Shown: positions 43,791-54,435 of the stretch, one piece after another
Layout of the letters: each line of letters begins with the position of its first letter
How positions within the stretch are numbered: the first letter of the stretch is position 1
Origin: an uncultured Gemmatimonadales bacterium
GTDB lineage: Bacteria; Gemmatimonadota; Gemmatimonadetes; Palauibacterales; Palauibacteraceae
Direction of reading: 5' to 3'
Assembly: GCA_963783385.1 (NCBI GenBank)
Contig: CAWANJ010000006.1
Coordinates: 448,001-512,000 of the forward strand
DNA: 64,000 bases
Notes under the pieces: model-generated
Seen by the model: the letters and a program-made list of their open reading frames with translations, nothing else
The model's database searches: none
Told to the model about the DNA's origin: nothing
Program-made: the position numbers and the translations under genes

Positions 43791-45241
43791 GCGATCAGAC
43801 GCACTTCACCTCTCGCTACGGGACCATGCTGGCCATGCTCGGCATGGCGGTCGGGACGGGGAACATCTGGCGCTTCCCGCGGGTGGCCGCGTCCAACGGC
43901 GGCGGCAGCTTCCTGGTGGCGTGGGTCGTCTTCCTCTTCATCTGGTCCGTGCCCCTCATCCTGGTCGAGTTCTCGCTGGGCAAGCGGGCCCGCTCCGGCC
44001 CTATCGGGGCGTTCACGCGCATCTTCGGAAAGAAGCACGCCTGGATGGGCGCCTGGGTGGCGTTCACGGCCACGGCGATCATGTTCTACTACTCGGTGGT
44101 CATGGGCTGGACCCTGCGTTACCTGTGGGGCTCGATCACCAGCTCGATCCCGACCGCCACGCCCGAGGCGGCCCGGGGGTTCTGGCAATCGTACATCCAC
44201 TCCGGGTGGCCGGCGGTCACGCACGCCATCTCCATGGCGCTGGGGGTCGCGGTGGTCATGAAGGGCGTCCAGGGGATCGAGCGCGCGGCCAAGGTGCTGA
44301 TCCCGAGCCTGTTCGTCATGGTCATCATCCTGGCCATCCGGGCGGTGACCCTGCCGGGCGCCGATCGCGGGCTGGCCTTCCTGTTCACGCCCCACTGGTC
44401 GGACCTTTCGCATCCACGGGTGTGGCTGCAGGCCCTGACCCAGAACGCGTGGGACACGGGCGCGGGCTGGGGCCTGATCACCGCCTACGCGGTCTACCTT
44501 CGCCGCAGCGAGGACACGACCCTGAACGCCTTCCTGCTCGGGTTCGGGAACAACACGGTGTCGCTCCTGGCCGGCATCATGGTGCTGTGCACGGCCCTGG
44601 CCATCCTCCCCCAGGCGGCCCAGCAGATCGTGGGAGCGGGGAACGAGGGGCTCACCTTCATCTGGGTCCCGCAGCTGTTCCACCGGATGCCGGCCGGCGA
44701 GCCGTTCATGGTCCTGTTCTTCCTGGCCCTGTTCTTCGCCGCCTGGAGCAGCCTGATCTCGATGATCGAGCTCGCCGCGCGGGTGCTCATCGACGCGGGC
44801 TGGACGCGCGGTCGGGCCATCATCGTGGTCGGGGTGTTCGGCTTCCTGCTCGGGTTGCCCTCGGCGCTGTCGATCAACGTGCTTCGGAACCAGGACTGGG
44901 TGTGGGGGGTCGGACTCCTGTTGTCGGGCTTCTTCTTCGCCGTCTCGGTGCTGCGCTTCGGCGTGGACCGTTTCCGGCGCGAGCTCGTGAACGACGAGGG
45001 GGCGGATCTGAGGATCGGTCGGTGGTGGAACGTGGTGATGTGGCTGGTGGCGGCCCAGGCCGTGGTGCTCATGGTCTGGTGGCTGGCGCAGGCCTTCAAC
45101 CGTCACGACATTGGCGCCTCGCTGACGCTCCTCTCGACTTCCAACTCGGGCACCGTCCTGATACAGTGGGCGCTGGCGATCGGGGTCTTCCTGCTGCTGA
45201 ATCGATGGCTGGGTCGCCGGTTCGAGTCGGCCGGAGACTAG
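43787..45241 (+). CDS. Sodium-dependent NSS (SNF) family amino-acid transporter
   Basis: GMAVGTGNIWRFP, NGGGSF, FYYSVVMGW, GIERAAK, GLTFIWVP. Confidence 0.93.
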   Translation: MSDQTHFTSRYGTMLAMLGMAVGTGNIWRFPRVAASNGGGSFLVAWVVFLFIWSVPLILVEFSLGKRARSGPIGAFTRIFGKKHAWMGAWVAFTATAIMFYYSVVMGWTLRYLWGSITSSIPTATPEAARGFWQSYIHSGWPAVTHAISMALGVAVVMKGVQGIERAAKVLIPSLFVMVIILAIRAVTLPGADRGLAFLFTPHWSDLSHPRVWLQALTQNAWDTGAGWGLITAYAVYLRRSEDTTLNAFLLGFGNNTVSLLAGIMVLCTALAILPQAAQQIVGAGNEGLTFIWVPQLFHRMPAGEPFMVLFFLALFFAAWSSLISMIELAARVLIDAGWTRGRAIIVVGVFGFLLGLPSALSINVLRNQDWVWGVGLLLSGFFFAVSVLRFGVDRFRRELVNDEGADLRIGRWWNVVMWLVAAQAVVLMVWWLAQAFNRHDIGASLTLLSTSNSGTVLIQWALAIGVFLLLNRWLGRRFESAGD

Positions 45242-45311
45242 CCGTTTCTCGCCGTCCCGCCCTTCCGGGTCGGAGCCGTTCCCACCGCCCCCTGCGTGGA
45301 GGCACGCGTCC

Positions 45312-47448
45312 ATGCTGAGCACCCGTCGCATCGCCGTCCCGCTCGTCGCCGCCCTGCTCGCCAGCGCGGCGGCGGGTGCCTGTGCCAGCGCCGGACCGTC
45401 CGGCTCCCCCTCCCGCGGGCCGCGTCCGCAGGTGCGGGGCGAGGAGGGCCCGGCGCGACCGCTGACGCCCGAGCAGCAGGCGGCCCGGCGCGTCTCCCGC
45501 ATCGCCATCACACCGGATTCGGTCCGAGCTTCAGGTCGGTGACTCGGCGCGCGTCCGGGTCACGGCGCTGGACTCGGCCGGAAAGGCTGTGGAGGAGTGC
45601 GCCCCTGCGCGCGTTCGTGAGCGGCCGGTCGGCCGCCTACGACGACTCCTCGGGCTGGGTGCGGGGCCTCGAGGCCGGCACGGCCATCCTGTACGGCGTC
45701 GTCGCGGTGCCTCCCGCCCGCCCCGGCGCGGAGGGCCGGAGCATCCTGGGCCGGGCCACCATCCGGGTCGCGCCCCTCCCGGTCGTGCGGATCGAGCCCA
45801 CGGACGTCCCGGACAGCCTGTACCAGGGCACGCGGACTCGCCTCGCGGCGGTCGCCTTCTCGCGGGTCGGCGAGCGCGAGGGCGCTCCGCTGACGTGGAG
45901 CTCTTCGGACACCGCCGTGCTGGCGGTCACCGAGCACGGGCTCGCCAGCGCGCTGTCTCCCGGCCAGGCTACCGTGACGGTTCGCTCGGGCGGTGTTGAG
46001 GCGAGGGGCGCCGTGCAGGTGGTGAAGAGCCCGGTGCGATCCCTCGTCGTGACGCCCGCGTCCGTGGACACGCTCACCGGGGACGTGGTGCACCTCGACG
46101 GCCACGGCTCGGGACGCCACCGGCCAGCCCGTCGTCGGGCGTGCCGGTCCGCTGGTCGGTGGCGGGACCGGACGGCGCCGCGGACGTGGGGGCCCACCTG
46201 GACGAGAGCGGGACGTTCGTGGCGGAGCGCCCGGGCCTGTACTCGGTCACGGCCGCGGCCGGAGACCGCACCGCGGTGGCCGAGATCTCGGTCGGGCACC
46301 GCCCCTTCCGGATCCCGATGAAGGCGGTCGGGCACGGTGTCGTGCACGGCCACTCCACCTCGGACCTGTGGGTGTTCCAGGGCGTGGACGGCCGGGACTA
46401 CGCGTACACGGGCACACACGCCGCGGGGGCCGGGGGCGACGTCCTGTACGCGTGGGACGTCACCGACCCCGCCAGGCCCGTGACCACGGACTCGGTGGTG
46501 GTGGACGCGCGGGTCGTGAACGACATCAAGGTCAACGACACGCGCCAGATCGCGGTCCTCACCCGCGAGGGCGCGTCGGATCGGAAGAACGGGATCGTGC
46601 TCCTGGACATCCGGATCCCGGCGCACCCGAAAATCATCACGAGCTATACGCAGGACCTCACGGCCGGCGTGCACAACACGTGGATATCGGGGAACCTCGT
46701 ATACGCGGTCAACGACGGCACGCGGGCCATCCACATCATCGACATCTCCGACCCCCTGCATCCGAGGGAGGTCGGCCGCTGGGAGATCGACCGTCCCGGC
46801 AAGTACCTGCACGACATCACGGTCAAGGACGGCCTCGCCTACGTGAGCTACTGGGACGACGGGCTCATCATCCTGGACGTGGGCGCCGGGATCGCGGGCG
46901 GGACGCCGACGAAGCCGGTCGAGGTGAGCCAGCTCAAGTACCGCACCCACTGGGGCGCCGAGACGTACGGCAACACGCACCACGCCATCCGCTACAAGAA
47001 TTACGTGTTCGTGAGCGACGAGATCTTCGGCTGCTCCGAGTGCGTGAACGGGCCGCGCGGCTACGTGCACGTCATCGACGTGAGCGACATCCGCCACCCG
47101 AAGGAGGTGGCCTACTTCCGCGTGCCGGAGGCCGGCTCGCACAACCTGTGGGTGCAGGACGACCGGCTGTACATCGCCTACTACCAGGGCGGACTCCGGG
47201 TGGTGGACATCTCCGGCGAGCTGCGCGGCGACCTGTACCGGCAGGGCCGGGAGATCGGCTGGTTCGACACGGCCTCGCCCGACGCGTTCGAGCCGAACGC
47301 CGCCATGGCCTGGGGACCGCAGCTGTTCCGGGGGCACATCTTCGTCTCCGACATGAACTCGGGGCTGTGGATCGTGAAGTTCGCGCGCGGCGACGCGACC
47401 ACGGGCGCCAGCGCCTCCGGCGCCGGCGCGTCCGGCGGCGGCTCCTAG
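45312..47448 (+). CDS. Lipoprotein with Ig-like (Big_2) domains and LVIVD-repeat propeller; several frameshifts
   Basis: Lipobox AAGAC; TWSSSDTAVLAV; AWDVTDP, IIDISDP, VIDVSDI, YYQGGLRVVDIS. Confidence 0.8.
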
Positions 47449-47465
47449 AGGACCCCGCCCTCCCC

Positions 47466-47951
47466 GTGGCCGTCACGCCGGCTGTCTTCCGCCACGTCCT
47501 CGGCCACCTGGCCGGAGGCGTGACCGTCGTCACCACGCGGGACGACGCCGGGCGTCATCACGGTCTCACGGCCACGGCCGTGTGCTCGGTCTCCCTGGAC
47601 CCCCCGCTCGTCCTCGCCTCCCTGGAGCGGGACGCCAACACGCACGCGATCATCGAGCGTTCGGGCGTGTTCGCCCTGAACTTCCTGGCCGACACCGAGC
47701 GCGAGGTGGCGGTCCGCTTCGCCACGACGCCCGACGACAAGTTCCAGGACCTGGCCGTGACCACGGCCCACACGGGCTCCCCCCTCATGGTGGGCGCGGT
47801 GGCGTGGTGCGACTGCGTGGTGGTGAAGAGCGTCGAGGCGGGCGACCACACGGTGTTCATCGGCCGCGTCGAGGCGGCCGAGGTACGGCGGCCCGAGGAG
47901 CCCCATCCCCTCGTCCACTACGCCGGGCGGTGGGCCACGCTGTGCGACTGA
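47466..47951 (+). CDS. Flavin reductase family protein
   Basis: FRHVLGHLAGGVTVVT, SVSLDPPLV, AGDHTVFIG. Confidence 0.92.
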   Translation: MAVTPAVFRHVLGHLAGGVTVVTTRDDAGRHHGLTATAVCSVSLDPPLVLASLERDANTHAIIERSGVFALNFLADTEREVAVRFATTPDDKFQDLAVTTAHTGSPLMVGAVAWCDCVVVKSVEAGDHTVFIGRVEAAEVRRPEEPHPLVHYAGRWATLCD

Positions 47952-48652
47952 CGGCCTTCGAGGAGCGGGCCGAACAGATGTGGGAGGAGATCCCCGGGCC
48001 TTTTCGGGAGGGGATCGACGCGCTCCTGGTGGACGACGAGATCGTCGCCCACCCCGACCTCCCGGGCGTCTACACGCTGGGCGAGTGCGTCACCGACCAC
48101 TGGCCGGACGGGTACTCGGGCCAGGGCGAGGTCCGCTCCAGGGTCCTCCTCCACCACGGCTCCTTCGCGGCCCTGGCCGGGGCCGGCGGGGACTTCGACT
48201 GGGACCGGGAGCTGTGGGAGACGATCCTGCACGAGGTCCTCCACCACCGCGAGTTCTCGGCCTCGGAGGAAGGGCTGGAGCGCTACGACGAGGCGGTGGA
48301 CCAGAACTTCCGACGCCACGCGGGCCGTCCCTTCGACCCGGCCTTCTACCGCGACGTGCCCGCCTCGGAGGAGGGCACGGTGCGCCTCGAGTCGGAGATC
48401 TTCGTGGAAGCGACCGTCGCCCTCGAGGCCCGCGAGGTGGGGTTCGACTGGCGGGGCCGCCGGTATACGGTCGAGGTTCCCGCTTCGAGGGCGGTCCAGT
48501 ACGTGCGGGTGAGGAACCTGGCGGGCGGTCGCCTGTGGGTCGTCGTGTGGCGCGAGCGACCCTGGTGGCGGAGGATCCAGCCCGCGGGGACATTGGGCGT
48601 CGAGGAGATCGAGCGCCGCGCACAGGGGCGCAGCCCCCAGGGAGAGAGGTAG
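47942..48652 (+). CDS. Zincin-like metallopeptidase family protein
   Basis: WEEIPGPFREGI, YTLGEC, WETILHEVLHH. Confidence 0.8.
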   Translation: MRLTAFEERAEQMWEEIPGPFREGIDALLVDDEIVAHPDLPGVYTLGECVTDHWPDGYSGQGEVRSRVLLHHGSFAALAGAGGDFDWDRELWETILHEVLHHREFSASEEGLERYDEAVDQNFRRHAGRPFDPAFYRDVPASEEGTVRLESEIFVEATVALEAREVGFDWRGRRYTVEVPASRAVQYVRVRNLAGGRLWVVVWRERPWWRRIQPAGTLGVEEIERRAQGRSPQGER

Positions 48653-48656
48653 GTCC

Positions 48657-49940
48657 ATGCCGTTGTTCGGAGGCTTCAGCCTCGGCCGCTGGTTCGGGTT
48701 CGAGGTGCGCATCGACTACTCGTGGTTCCTCATCTTCTTCCTGGTGGTGTGGACCCTGAGCGTCCAGGTCTTCCCGCACGACCTGGGGGGCTATCCCGAG
48801 ACCGTCTACTGGACGATGGGGGTGGTCGCGGCTCTCCTCCTGTTCCTGTCGGTGCTCCTGCACGAGCTGTCGCACTCTGCCGTGGCCCGGAGGCGGGGGA
48901 TCCACGTCGAGGGGATCACCCTGTTCATCTTCGGCGGGGTGGCCCAGACGAGCATGGAGGCCAGCCGGCCGGTGGACGAGTTCCTGCTCACGGCGGCGGG
49001 CCCCCTGGCCAGCGTGGTCCTGGCCGGGATCTTCTATGGGCTCGGCGTGGGGGCGGACTTCGCGGGCTGGGGCGGACCGGTGACCGAGATCGCCGGTTAC
49101 CTGGCGTTTCTGAACCTGGCCCTGGCCATCTTCAACCTGGTGCCCGGCTTCCCGCTGGACGGGGGCCGCCTGCTGAGGTCGGCGGTGTGGCACTTCACCG
49201 GGAGCCTGCGCAAGGCCACCCGCCTGGCCACCACGGCGGGCCGCGGCTTCGGTTACCTGATGATCCTGGCGGGGCTGTGGTTCCTGTGGCAGGGCGCCCT
49301 GATCAACGGCATGTGGCTGGCCTTCATCGGCTGGTTCCTGGCCAACGCCGCCTCCAACAGCTGGCGCCAGTTCGTGTCCAGGCAGATCCTGGCGGACGTG
49401 CCCGTGGAGCGTGCGCTCCAGCCCCTGCCGCCCCCGGTCGAGGCGGACCGGGTCCTGGCCGACGTGGTCGACGAGCCCTTCCTGAGAGCCGGCGTCGGCG
49501 CCGTGCCCGTCCTCCGCGAGGGCCGGCTGGTGGGCGTGCTGTCGGTCGAGGACGTGGCCGAGGTGCCGCCCCCGGAGCGCGCGACCACCCGGGTGGCGGC
49601 GGTCATGACGCCCATCGAGGAGGTGTCGGCCGTGCCCCTCCACAGCAGCCTGGACGGCGTGCTCGGCCGGCTCCGGGCCGGCAATGGAACCCGCCTCCTG
49701 GTGCTCGACGGGGAGCGCCTCGTGGGGATCCTCACGCCCCACGACGTGGTCGGCTGGCTCGAGCGCGCCCGGCGCCTGGGGCTGGACCGGTCGGAGGCCG
49801 AGGGCGCGCGGGGGGAGCCCGGCGCCGGGCACGTGGAGCCATCGGCGCCGGGCGTGTCAGCCGGCGCTCCGACGGAGGTGGGCCCGGGGGGCGAGCCGGG
49901 ATCTGCCGGCCAGGGCCACGACGAAGGGGGCTGGGCTTGA
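48657..49940 (+). CDS. Site-2 protease (M50) with CBS pair
   Basis: HELSH, AAGP, FNLVPGFPLDGG; CBS motifs VPVLREGRLVGVLS. Confidence 0.93.
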   Translation: MPLFGGFSLGRWFGFEVRIDYSWFLIFFLVVWTLSVQVFPHDLGGYPETVYWTMGVVAALLLFLSVLLHELSHSAVARRRGIHVEGITLFIFGGVAQTSMEASRPVDEFLLTAAGPLASVVLAGIFYGLGVGADFAGWGGPVTEIAGYLAFLNLALAIFNLVPGFPLDGGRLLRSAVWHFTGSLRKATRLATTAGRGFGYLMILAGLWFLWQGALINGMWLAFIGWFLANAASNSWRQFVSRQILADVPVERALQPLPPPVEADRVLADVVDEPFLRAGVGAVPVLREGRLVGVLSVEDVAEVPPPERATTRVAAVMTPIEEVSAVPLHSSLDGVLGRLRAGNGTRLLVLDGERLVGILTPHDVVGWLERARRLGLDRSEAEGARGEPGAGHVEPSAPGVSAGAPTEVGPGGEPGSAGQGHDEGGWA

Positions 49941-50572
49941 GCGCCCGCGCCGCCGAGATCGCCCGCCGGCTGGCCGACGAATACCCGGAGACCGACATCT
50001 CGCTCGACTGGTCCAACCCCCTCGAGCTGCTCGTGTCCACCATCCTCTCGGCCCAGTGCACGGACGAACGGGTGCGGGAGGTGACGAAGGACCTGTTCCG
50101 GGAGTACCGGACGCCCGAGGACTACGCCGACGCGGACCGGGGCGAGCTGGAGGAGGCCATCCGCTCCACCGGCTTCTTCCGGAACAAGGCGAAGCACATC
50201 CAGGAGACGGCGAAGAAGATCTGCGAGGAGCACGGCGGGAGGGTCCCGGACACCATGGAGGAGCTCCTCACCCTGCCCGGCGTGGCCCGGAAGACCGCCA
50301 ACGTGGTGCTCTCGAACGCGTTCGGGAAGAACGAGGGGATCGTGGTCGACACGCACGTCAAACGGGTGAGCCGCCGGCTGGGGCTCGCCTCCTCCTCGAA
50401 CCCGGAGAAGATCGAGCGCTCGCTCATGGAGGTCCTCCCGAAGAACCAGTGGAGGACGTTCGCCTGGCGGCTCATCCTCCACGGCCGGAACGTGTGCCAC
50501 GGCCGCAAGGACCCCGAATGCGACCGGTGCGTGCTCTCCGACCTGTGCCCGAGCGCGTTCAGCTTCGGGTGA
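49937..50572 (+). CDS. nth: Endonuclease III
   Basis: TILSAQCTD, LPGVARKTANVV, VDTHV, C-x7-C-x2-C-x5-C [4Fe-4S] motif; TTG start overlapping upstream stop. Confidence 0.95.
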   Translation: MSARAAEIARRLADEYPETDISLDWSNPLELLVSTILSAQCTDERVREVTKDLFREYRTPEDYADADRGELEEAIRSTGFFRNKAKHIQETAKKICEEHGGRVPDTMEELLTLPGVARKTANVVLSNAFGKNEGIVVDTHVKRVSRRLGLASSSNPEKIERSLMEVLPKNQWRTFAWRLILHGRNVCHGRKDPECDRCVLSDLCPSAFSFG

Positions 50573-50576
50573 GATC

Positions 50577-51803
50577 GTGTCGGAGGCCGCAGGTCGTCTG
50601 AAGCGGCGGGCCCTCGATCTCGGCTTCGACGCCGTCGGGATCGCGCCCGCCGAACCGCCGGCGCACGCGGCCTGGTACCGGGAGTGGCTGGAGCGCGGCT
50701 GGCACGGGGCAATGGGTTATCTGGCCCGCGAGGATGCCGTGCGGCGCCGCGTGTCGCTCGAGGAGGCGCTGCCCGGCTGTCGTAGCGTGATCGTGGTCGC
50801 GCTGAGCTACGCCGCCGGCGAGGAAGGGCGCGTCCCGGATTCGACTCCGGAGACCGCGGGCTCGGACGGACCGGCGGGGCCCGCGCCCACGACCGTCTCC
50901 GCCCCGCCTTCCTTCGGCCCGCCCCCCGAGGCCTCCGACCCCCTCGCCCCGGTCATCGCTCGCTATGCCCGCGGGCCCGACTACCATGGTGTGTTCGAGG
51001 CGAAGCTCGCCGCGCTGGCCGGGGAGATCGAGGCGATCGAGCCGGCCGCCCGCGCCCTGCCCTACGTGGACTACGGCCCGGTCCTGGAGCGCGACCACGC
51101 CCAGCGCGCCGGCCTGGGCTGGATCGGCAAGAACACCCTCCTCATCGACCCGGAGCTCGGCTCGTGGCTCCTGCTCGGCGAGCTCCTCACCACCCTCGAG
51201 CTGGAGCCCGACGAACCGTTCGCGGCCGACCGCTGCGGGACGTGCGCGCGCTGCATCGAGGCCTGCCCCACCGGCGCCATCCGGGGAGCGCGCCGGCTCG
51301 ACGCCCGGCGCTGCATCTCCTACCTGACCATCGAGCTCCGGGGCCCCATTCCCGAGGATCTGCGGCCGGCGATCGGGAACCGCGTGTTCGGCTGCGATAT
51401 CTGTCAGGAGGTGTGTCCCTGGAACCGGGAAATCCCGGAGGGCTCGTTTCCGGCCCGTGACGGGGTCGTTGGCGGAAGCCCGGACGACGCAGCGCCGGCG
51501 TCCGACCGGCCGCCGGCGAGCGGTCCGAGGCGGGCGCGCCCCGGCCGGCCCGTGCCGTTCGACTCGATGATCGCGTGGGCCGAGGAGCTGCTCGAGCTGG
51601 ACGAGGGGGGCTTCCGGCGGCGCTACCGGCGGACGGCGCTCTACCGGGCCCGGCTCGAGGGCCTGCTCAGGAACCTGTGCGTGGGGCTCGGGAACAGCGG
51701 CCGCCGGGAGGCCGTGCCCGTCCTGGAGCGCTGCCTGTCGGAGGGCCCGGAGCTGGCGGCCGAGCACGCGGCGTGGGCGCTGGAGCGGCTCAGGGCCCGG
51801 TAG
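50577..51803 (+). CDS. queG: Epoxyqueuosine reductase
   Basis: IARYARGPDYH, AGLGWIGKN, CGTCARCIEACPT, CISYLTIE, GCDICQEVCPWN. Confidence 0.95.
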   Translation: MSEAAGRLKRRALDLGFDAVGIAPAEPPAHAAWYREWLERGWHGAMGYLAREDAVRRRVSLEEALPGCRSVIVVALSYAAGEEGRVPDSTPETAGSDGPAGPAPTTVSAPPSFGPPPEASDPLAPVIARYARGPDYHGVFEAKLAALAGEIEAIEPAARALPYVDYGPVLERDHAQRAGLGWIGKNTLLIDPELGSWLLLGELLTTLELEPDEPFAADRCGTCARCIEACPTGAIRGARRLDARRCISYLTIELRGPIPEDLRPAIGNRVFGCDICQEVCPWNREIPEGSFPARDGVVGGSPDDAAPASDRPPASGPRRARPGRPVPFDSMIAWAEELLELDEGGFRRRYRRTALYRARLEGLLRNLCVGLGNSGRREAVPVLERCLSEGPELAAEHAAWALERLRAR

Positions 51804-53259
51804 CGGCCGGGCGCCCGGCGCGACGGGCGGCCCGCATCGTCTGATTCCCCAGCGTCAGCGTCACGCCCGTGACCGCACCGGACCCGTCCCGCTGGAAGAC
51901 CACCTGCACCCCGGCGACCACGCGGACCGTGAAACGGTCGCCGCCGAGCGGCAGGAGCAGGGCGTCGCCCCGGCCCGGGACGTGGATGTAGGGGTCGCCG
52001 CGGAAGCGGAAGACGCGCACGGTGCCGCCGGAGGACAGGTCGTAGTCTCCCATGAAGGGTTGGAGGGCGGCGCTGTCCAGGGTGACCGGGTCCGGCCAGC
52101 GGTACGCCGGGAGCTGGCTGGCGAAAGGACGCGGGTCGAGCGCCACGAGTCGGGGATCGGAGGATGGCTCGCCCCCGCGGGCTTCCGAGATGAGCTCGGC
52201 GATCCTCCAGGCGTCGACGCCGTGGATCTCGCGCCCGTGGTCGGTGTCCGCGCGGTGCACGATGACCAGGTCGAGGCCCGGGATCACCCACACGGCCTGG
52301 CTTCCGGTCCCGCGCCCCATGTCAATGCGCTGTCCAGAGAGCGTGGGATAGCGGTCCGCGGACAGGGCGCCGGGCGCGTAGGTCCACCACAGATAGGCGT
52401 AACCGCTCCCGTGGCCCAGGTCGGAGACCGGGGTGGTGCTGGTCCGGACCCAATCGGCGGGGATCACCTGGCGTCCGTCCCAGCGGCCCTCCTGCAGGTA
52501 CAGCTGTCCGAAGCGCGCCAGGTCCCGGGCCGACATGCGGAAGGTCTGGGCGGGGTAGGTCGACCGGGTGGGCTCGTAGGCGCGGAAGCCGTCCGACGGG
52601 CTCCAGTCCTCCATGCCGATGGGCCGGGCGATGCGCCGCTCGAACGCGCGGTAGAGGTCCTCCCCCGTCTCCCGCTCGAAGATCACGCCCGCGACGTTGA
52701 AGTCCCAGTTGTTGTAGAACCAGAAGGTCCCGGGCGGGTGGCTACCGCGCTCGGGCCGCTCCTCGTCCTGGGACTGCGGCGCGTAGGCGGCCGGGAGGTA
52801 CACTCCGCTCCGGGCCGTCAGGAGGTCCCGTACGGTGGCCCGCCCCTCCGCGGCCGTGAGCTTTCCGCCGTCGTCGATGCCGAGGTCGGCGAGCGAGGCC
52901 TCGAGGTCGATCGCGCCCGCGGCCACCGCGGTCCCGTACAGCGCGCTCACCAGGCTCTTGCGGACCGAGTGCAGCTCCAGGTTCCGGTCGACCGCGCCGC
53001 AGGCGACGACCGCGTGCCCCCGGAACACGGCCATCACCGCGGCCGAGCCGACGCTGTCCGCATAGTCGCAGGCCCGGTCGAGGCCGGCTCCATCGAAGCC
53101 CGCCTCGGCCGGTTCGGCGTACTGGAGCCAGGGCCCGGTGCCGGCCTCGGCGGCCTTCGGCGCCCCGGCCGGCGGACCGCATGCGAGGAGAGTCGCCGAG
53201 ACGACGGTGATCAGGGAAACGCGGGACGCGGCGGCGGTCGGACGCGGACGAGAGGACAT
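51790..53259 (-). CDS. Serine hydrolase (beta-lactamase/AmpC-like) lipoprotein
   Basis: SVRK, FYNNWDFN, LARFGQLYLQEG; lipobox LLAC. Confidence 0.88.
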   Translation of the reverse strand: MSSRPRPTAAASRVSLITVVSATLLACGPPAGAPKAAEAGTGPWLQYAEPAEAGFDGAGLDRACDYADSVGSAAVMAVFRGHAVVACGAVDRNLELHSVRKSLVSALYGTAVAAGAIDLEASLADLGIDDGGKLTAAEGRATVRDLLTARSGVYLPAAYAPQSQDEERPERGSHPPGTFWFYNNWDFNVAGVIFERETGEDLYRAFERRIARPIGMEDWSPSDGFRAYEPTRSTYPAQTFRMSARDLARFGQLYLQEGRWDGRQVIPADWVRTSTTPVSDLGHGSGYAYLWWTYAPGALSADRYPTLSGQRIDMGRGTGSQAVWVIPGLDLVIVHRADTDHGREIHGVDAWRIAELISEARGGEPSSDPRLVALDPRPFASQLPAYRWPDPVTLDSAALQPFMGDYDLSSGGTVRVFRFRGDPYIHVPGRGDALLLPLGGDRFTVRVVAGVQVVFQRDGSGAVTGVTLTLGNQTMRAARRAGRPAATGP

Positions 53260-53289
53260 GCCGGGCTCCGGGCTGGGGTCTTCCAGCCC

Positions 53290-53316
53290 AACGGGAATTC
53301 GCGGACCGGGGTTTCA
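53290..53316 (-). promoter_or_regulatory. Candidate ECF promoter
   Basis: TGAAAC-N17-CGTT upstream of the serine hydrolase. Confidence 0.3.
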
Positions 53317-54435
53317 GGGAGCCGGGTCGAACAGGTCGCGCAGCCGACCGAAAGCGCGCTGGACACGGGGCCCGTAGTCGGGGCCGATCGCGTTGGAGAG
53401 GAGCACGACCACCACGCCGCTGTCCAGGTCGGCGGCCGTGAAGGCGGCGGCGCCCTCACCCCAGCCGGAGATCTCCAGGATCCGGCGTCCGGAGGGATCC
53501 CGGTGGGCGCCCGGGAAGACCATGCGCTGCAGCGTGGTCGGACGGAGGAGGTCTCCCTCGAGGGTGGCGCGGTAGATGCCCAGGAGGTCGGCCGCGGTCG
53601 ACAGGTAGGCCCCCGCGCCCCACTTGCACGTGTTGTCGACGGCGGGCGCGGGCCGAGGCGCGCCCCGCCCGGGGACCGAATAGAACGCCGCCCGGCCGGG
53701 GATGTCGGTCGTCGGATCGTCGATCACCGTATGTACGGCTCCCGCGGGGCCCAGGACCCGTTCCCGGACCAGTAGCGGGAACGGCCGACCCGCCGCCGCC
53801 CCCAGCACGCGACTCAGTAGCACGTAGCCCCAGGAGGAGTAGCTCCGGGTGGTGCCCGGGGGATGGAGGAGCGGATCGTCTTCGAAGATCGGGAGGGCGT
53901 CGGCGACAGTGGCGCAGTGGCGACGGGAGCTGGCCTCGGAGGCGTTCCGGTAGTGCCGGATTCCGGCCGTGTGGGCCAGGAGCTCGGCCGCCGTGATCGG
54001 CGCGCCCTTGTCCGGGAAGCCCGGGAGATAGCGGCGCACGGGGGCCGAGAGGTCCAGCTCTCCCTGCTCGACGAGCGCCGCCGCCGCGAGGGTGGTGATG
54101 CCCTTGCTCACGCTGTAGACGCGAAATCGGGTGGATGTCGGGTCCACGGGCGCCCCGGTGCGGAGATCCGCGAAGCCGAGCCCCGCCAGCCACACGGTTC
54201 TGCCATCCACCGACACGCCGACGGCGAGCCCCGCCCCATGTTCAGCGATCCCCTCCAGCGACCCCAGCGCGGAGTCGATGGCCGCGGCACGTTCCGGCGA
54301 CCGGACGGCCGTCGTGACCGGGACCGAGTCGGCCGGGGGGGAGGGCCACCCGGGGGCCGCACGCGCGGCAACCCCGTGGGTGGCTCCGGCCAGGAGCAGC
54401 GCCGCCGCCCACGCGCCCGGGGAGCCGCCCGTCAC
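53314..54435 (-). CDS. Serine hydrolase (beta-lactamase family)
   Basis: YSVSK, LLAHTAGIRHY, YSSWGY; GTGA overlap with upstream gene. Confidence 0.88.
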   Translation of the reverse strand: MTGGSPGAWAAALLLAGATHGVAARAAPGWPSPPADSVPVTTAVRSPERAAAIDSALGSLEGIAEHGAGLAVGVSVDGRTVWLAGLGFADLRTGAPVDPTSTRFRVYSVSKGITTLAAAALVEQGELDLSAPVRRYLPGFPDKGAPITAAELLAHTAGIRHYRNASEASSRRHCATVADALPIFEDDPLLHPPGTTRSYSSWGYVLLSRVLGAAAGRPFPLLVRERVLGPAGAVHTVIDDPTTDIPGRAAFYSVPGRGAPRPAPAVDNTCKWGAGAYLSTAADLLGIYRATLEGDLLRPTTLQRMVFPGAHRDPSGRRILEISGWGEGAAAFTAADLDSGVVVVLLSNAIGPDYGPRVQRAFGRLRDLFDPAP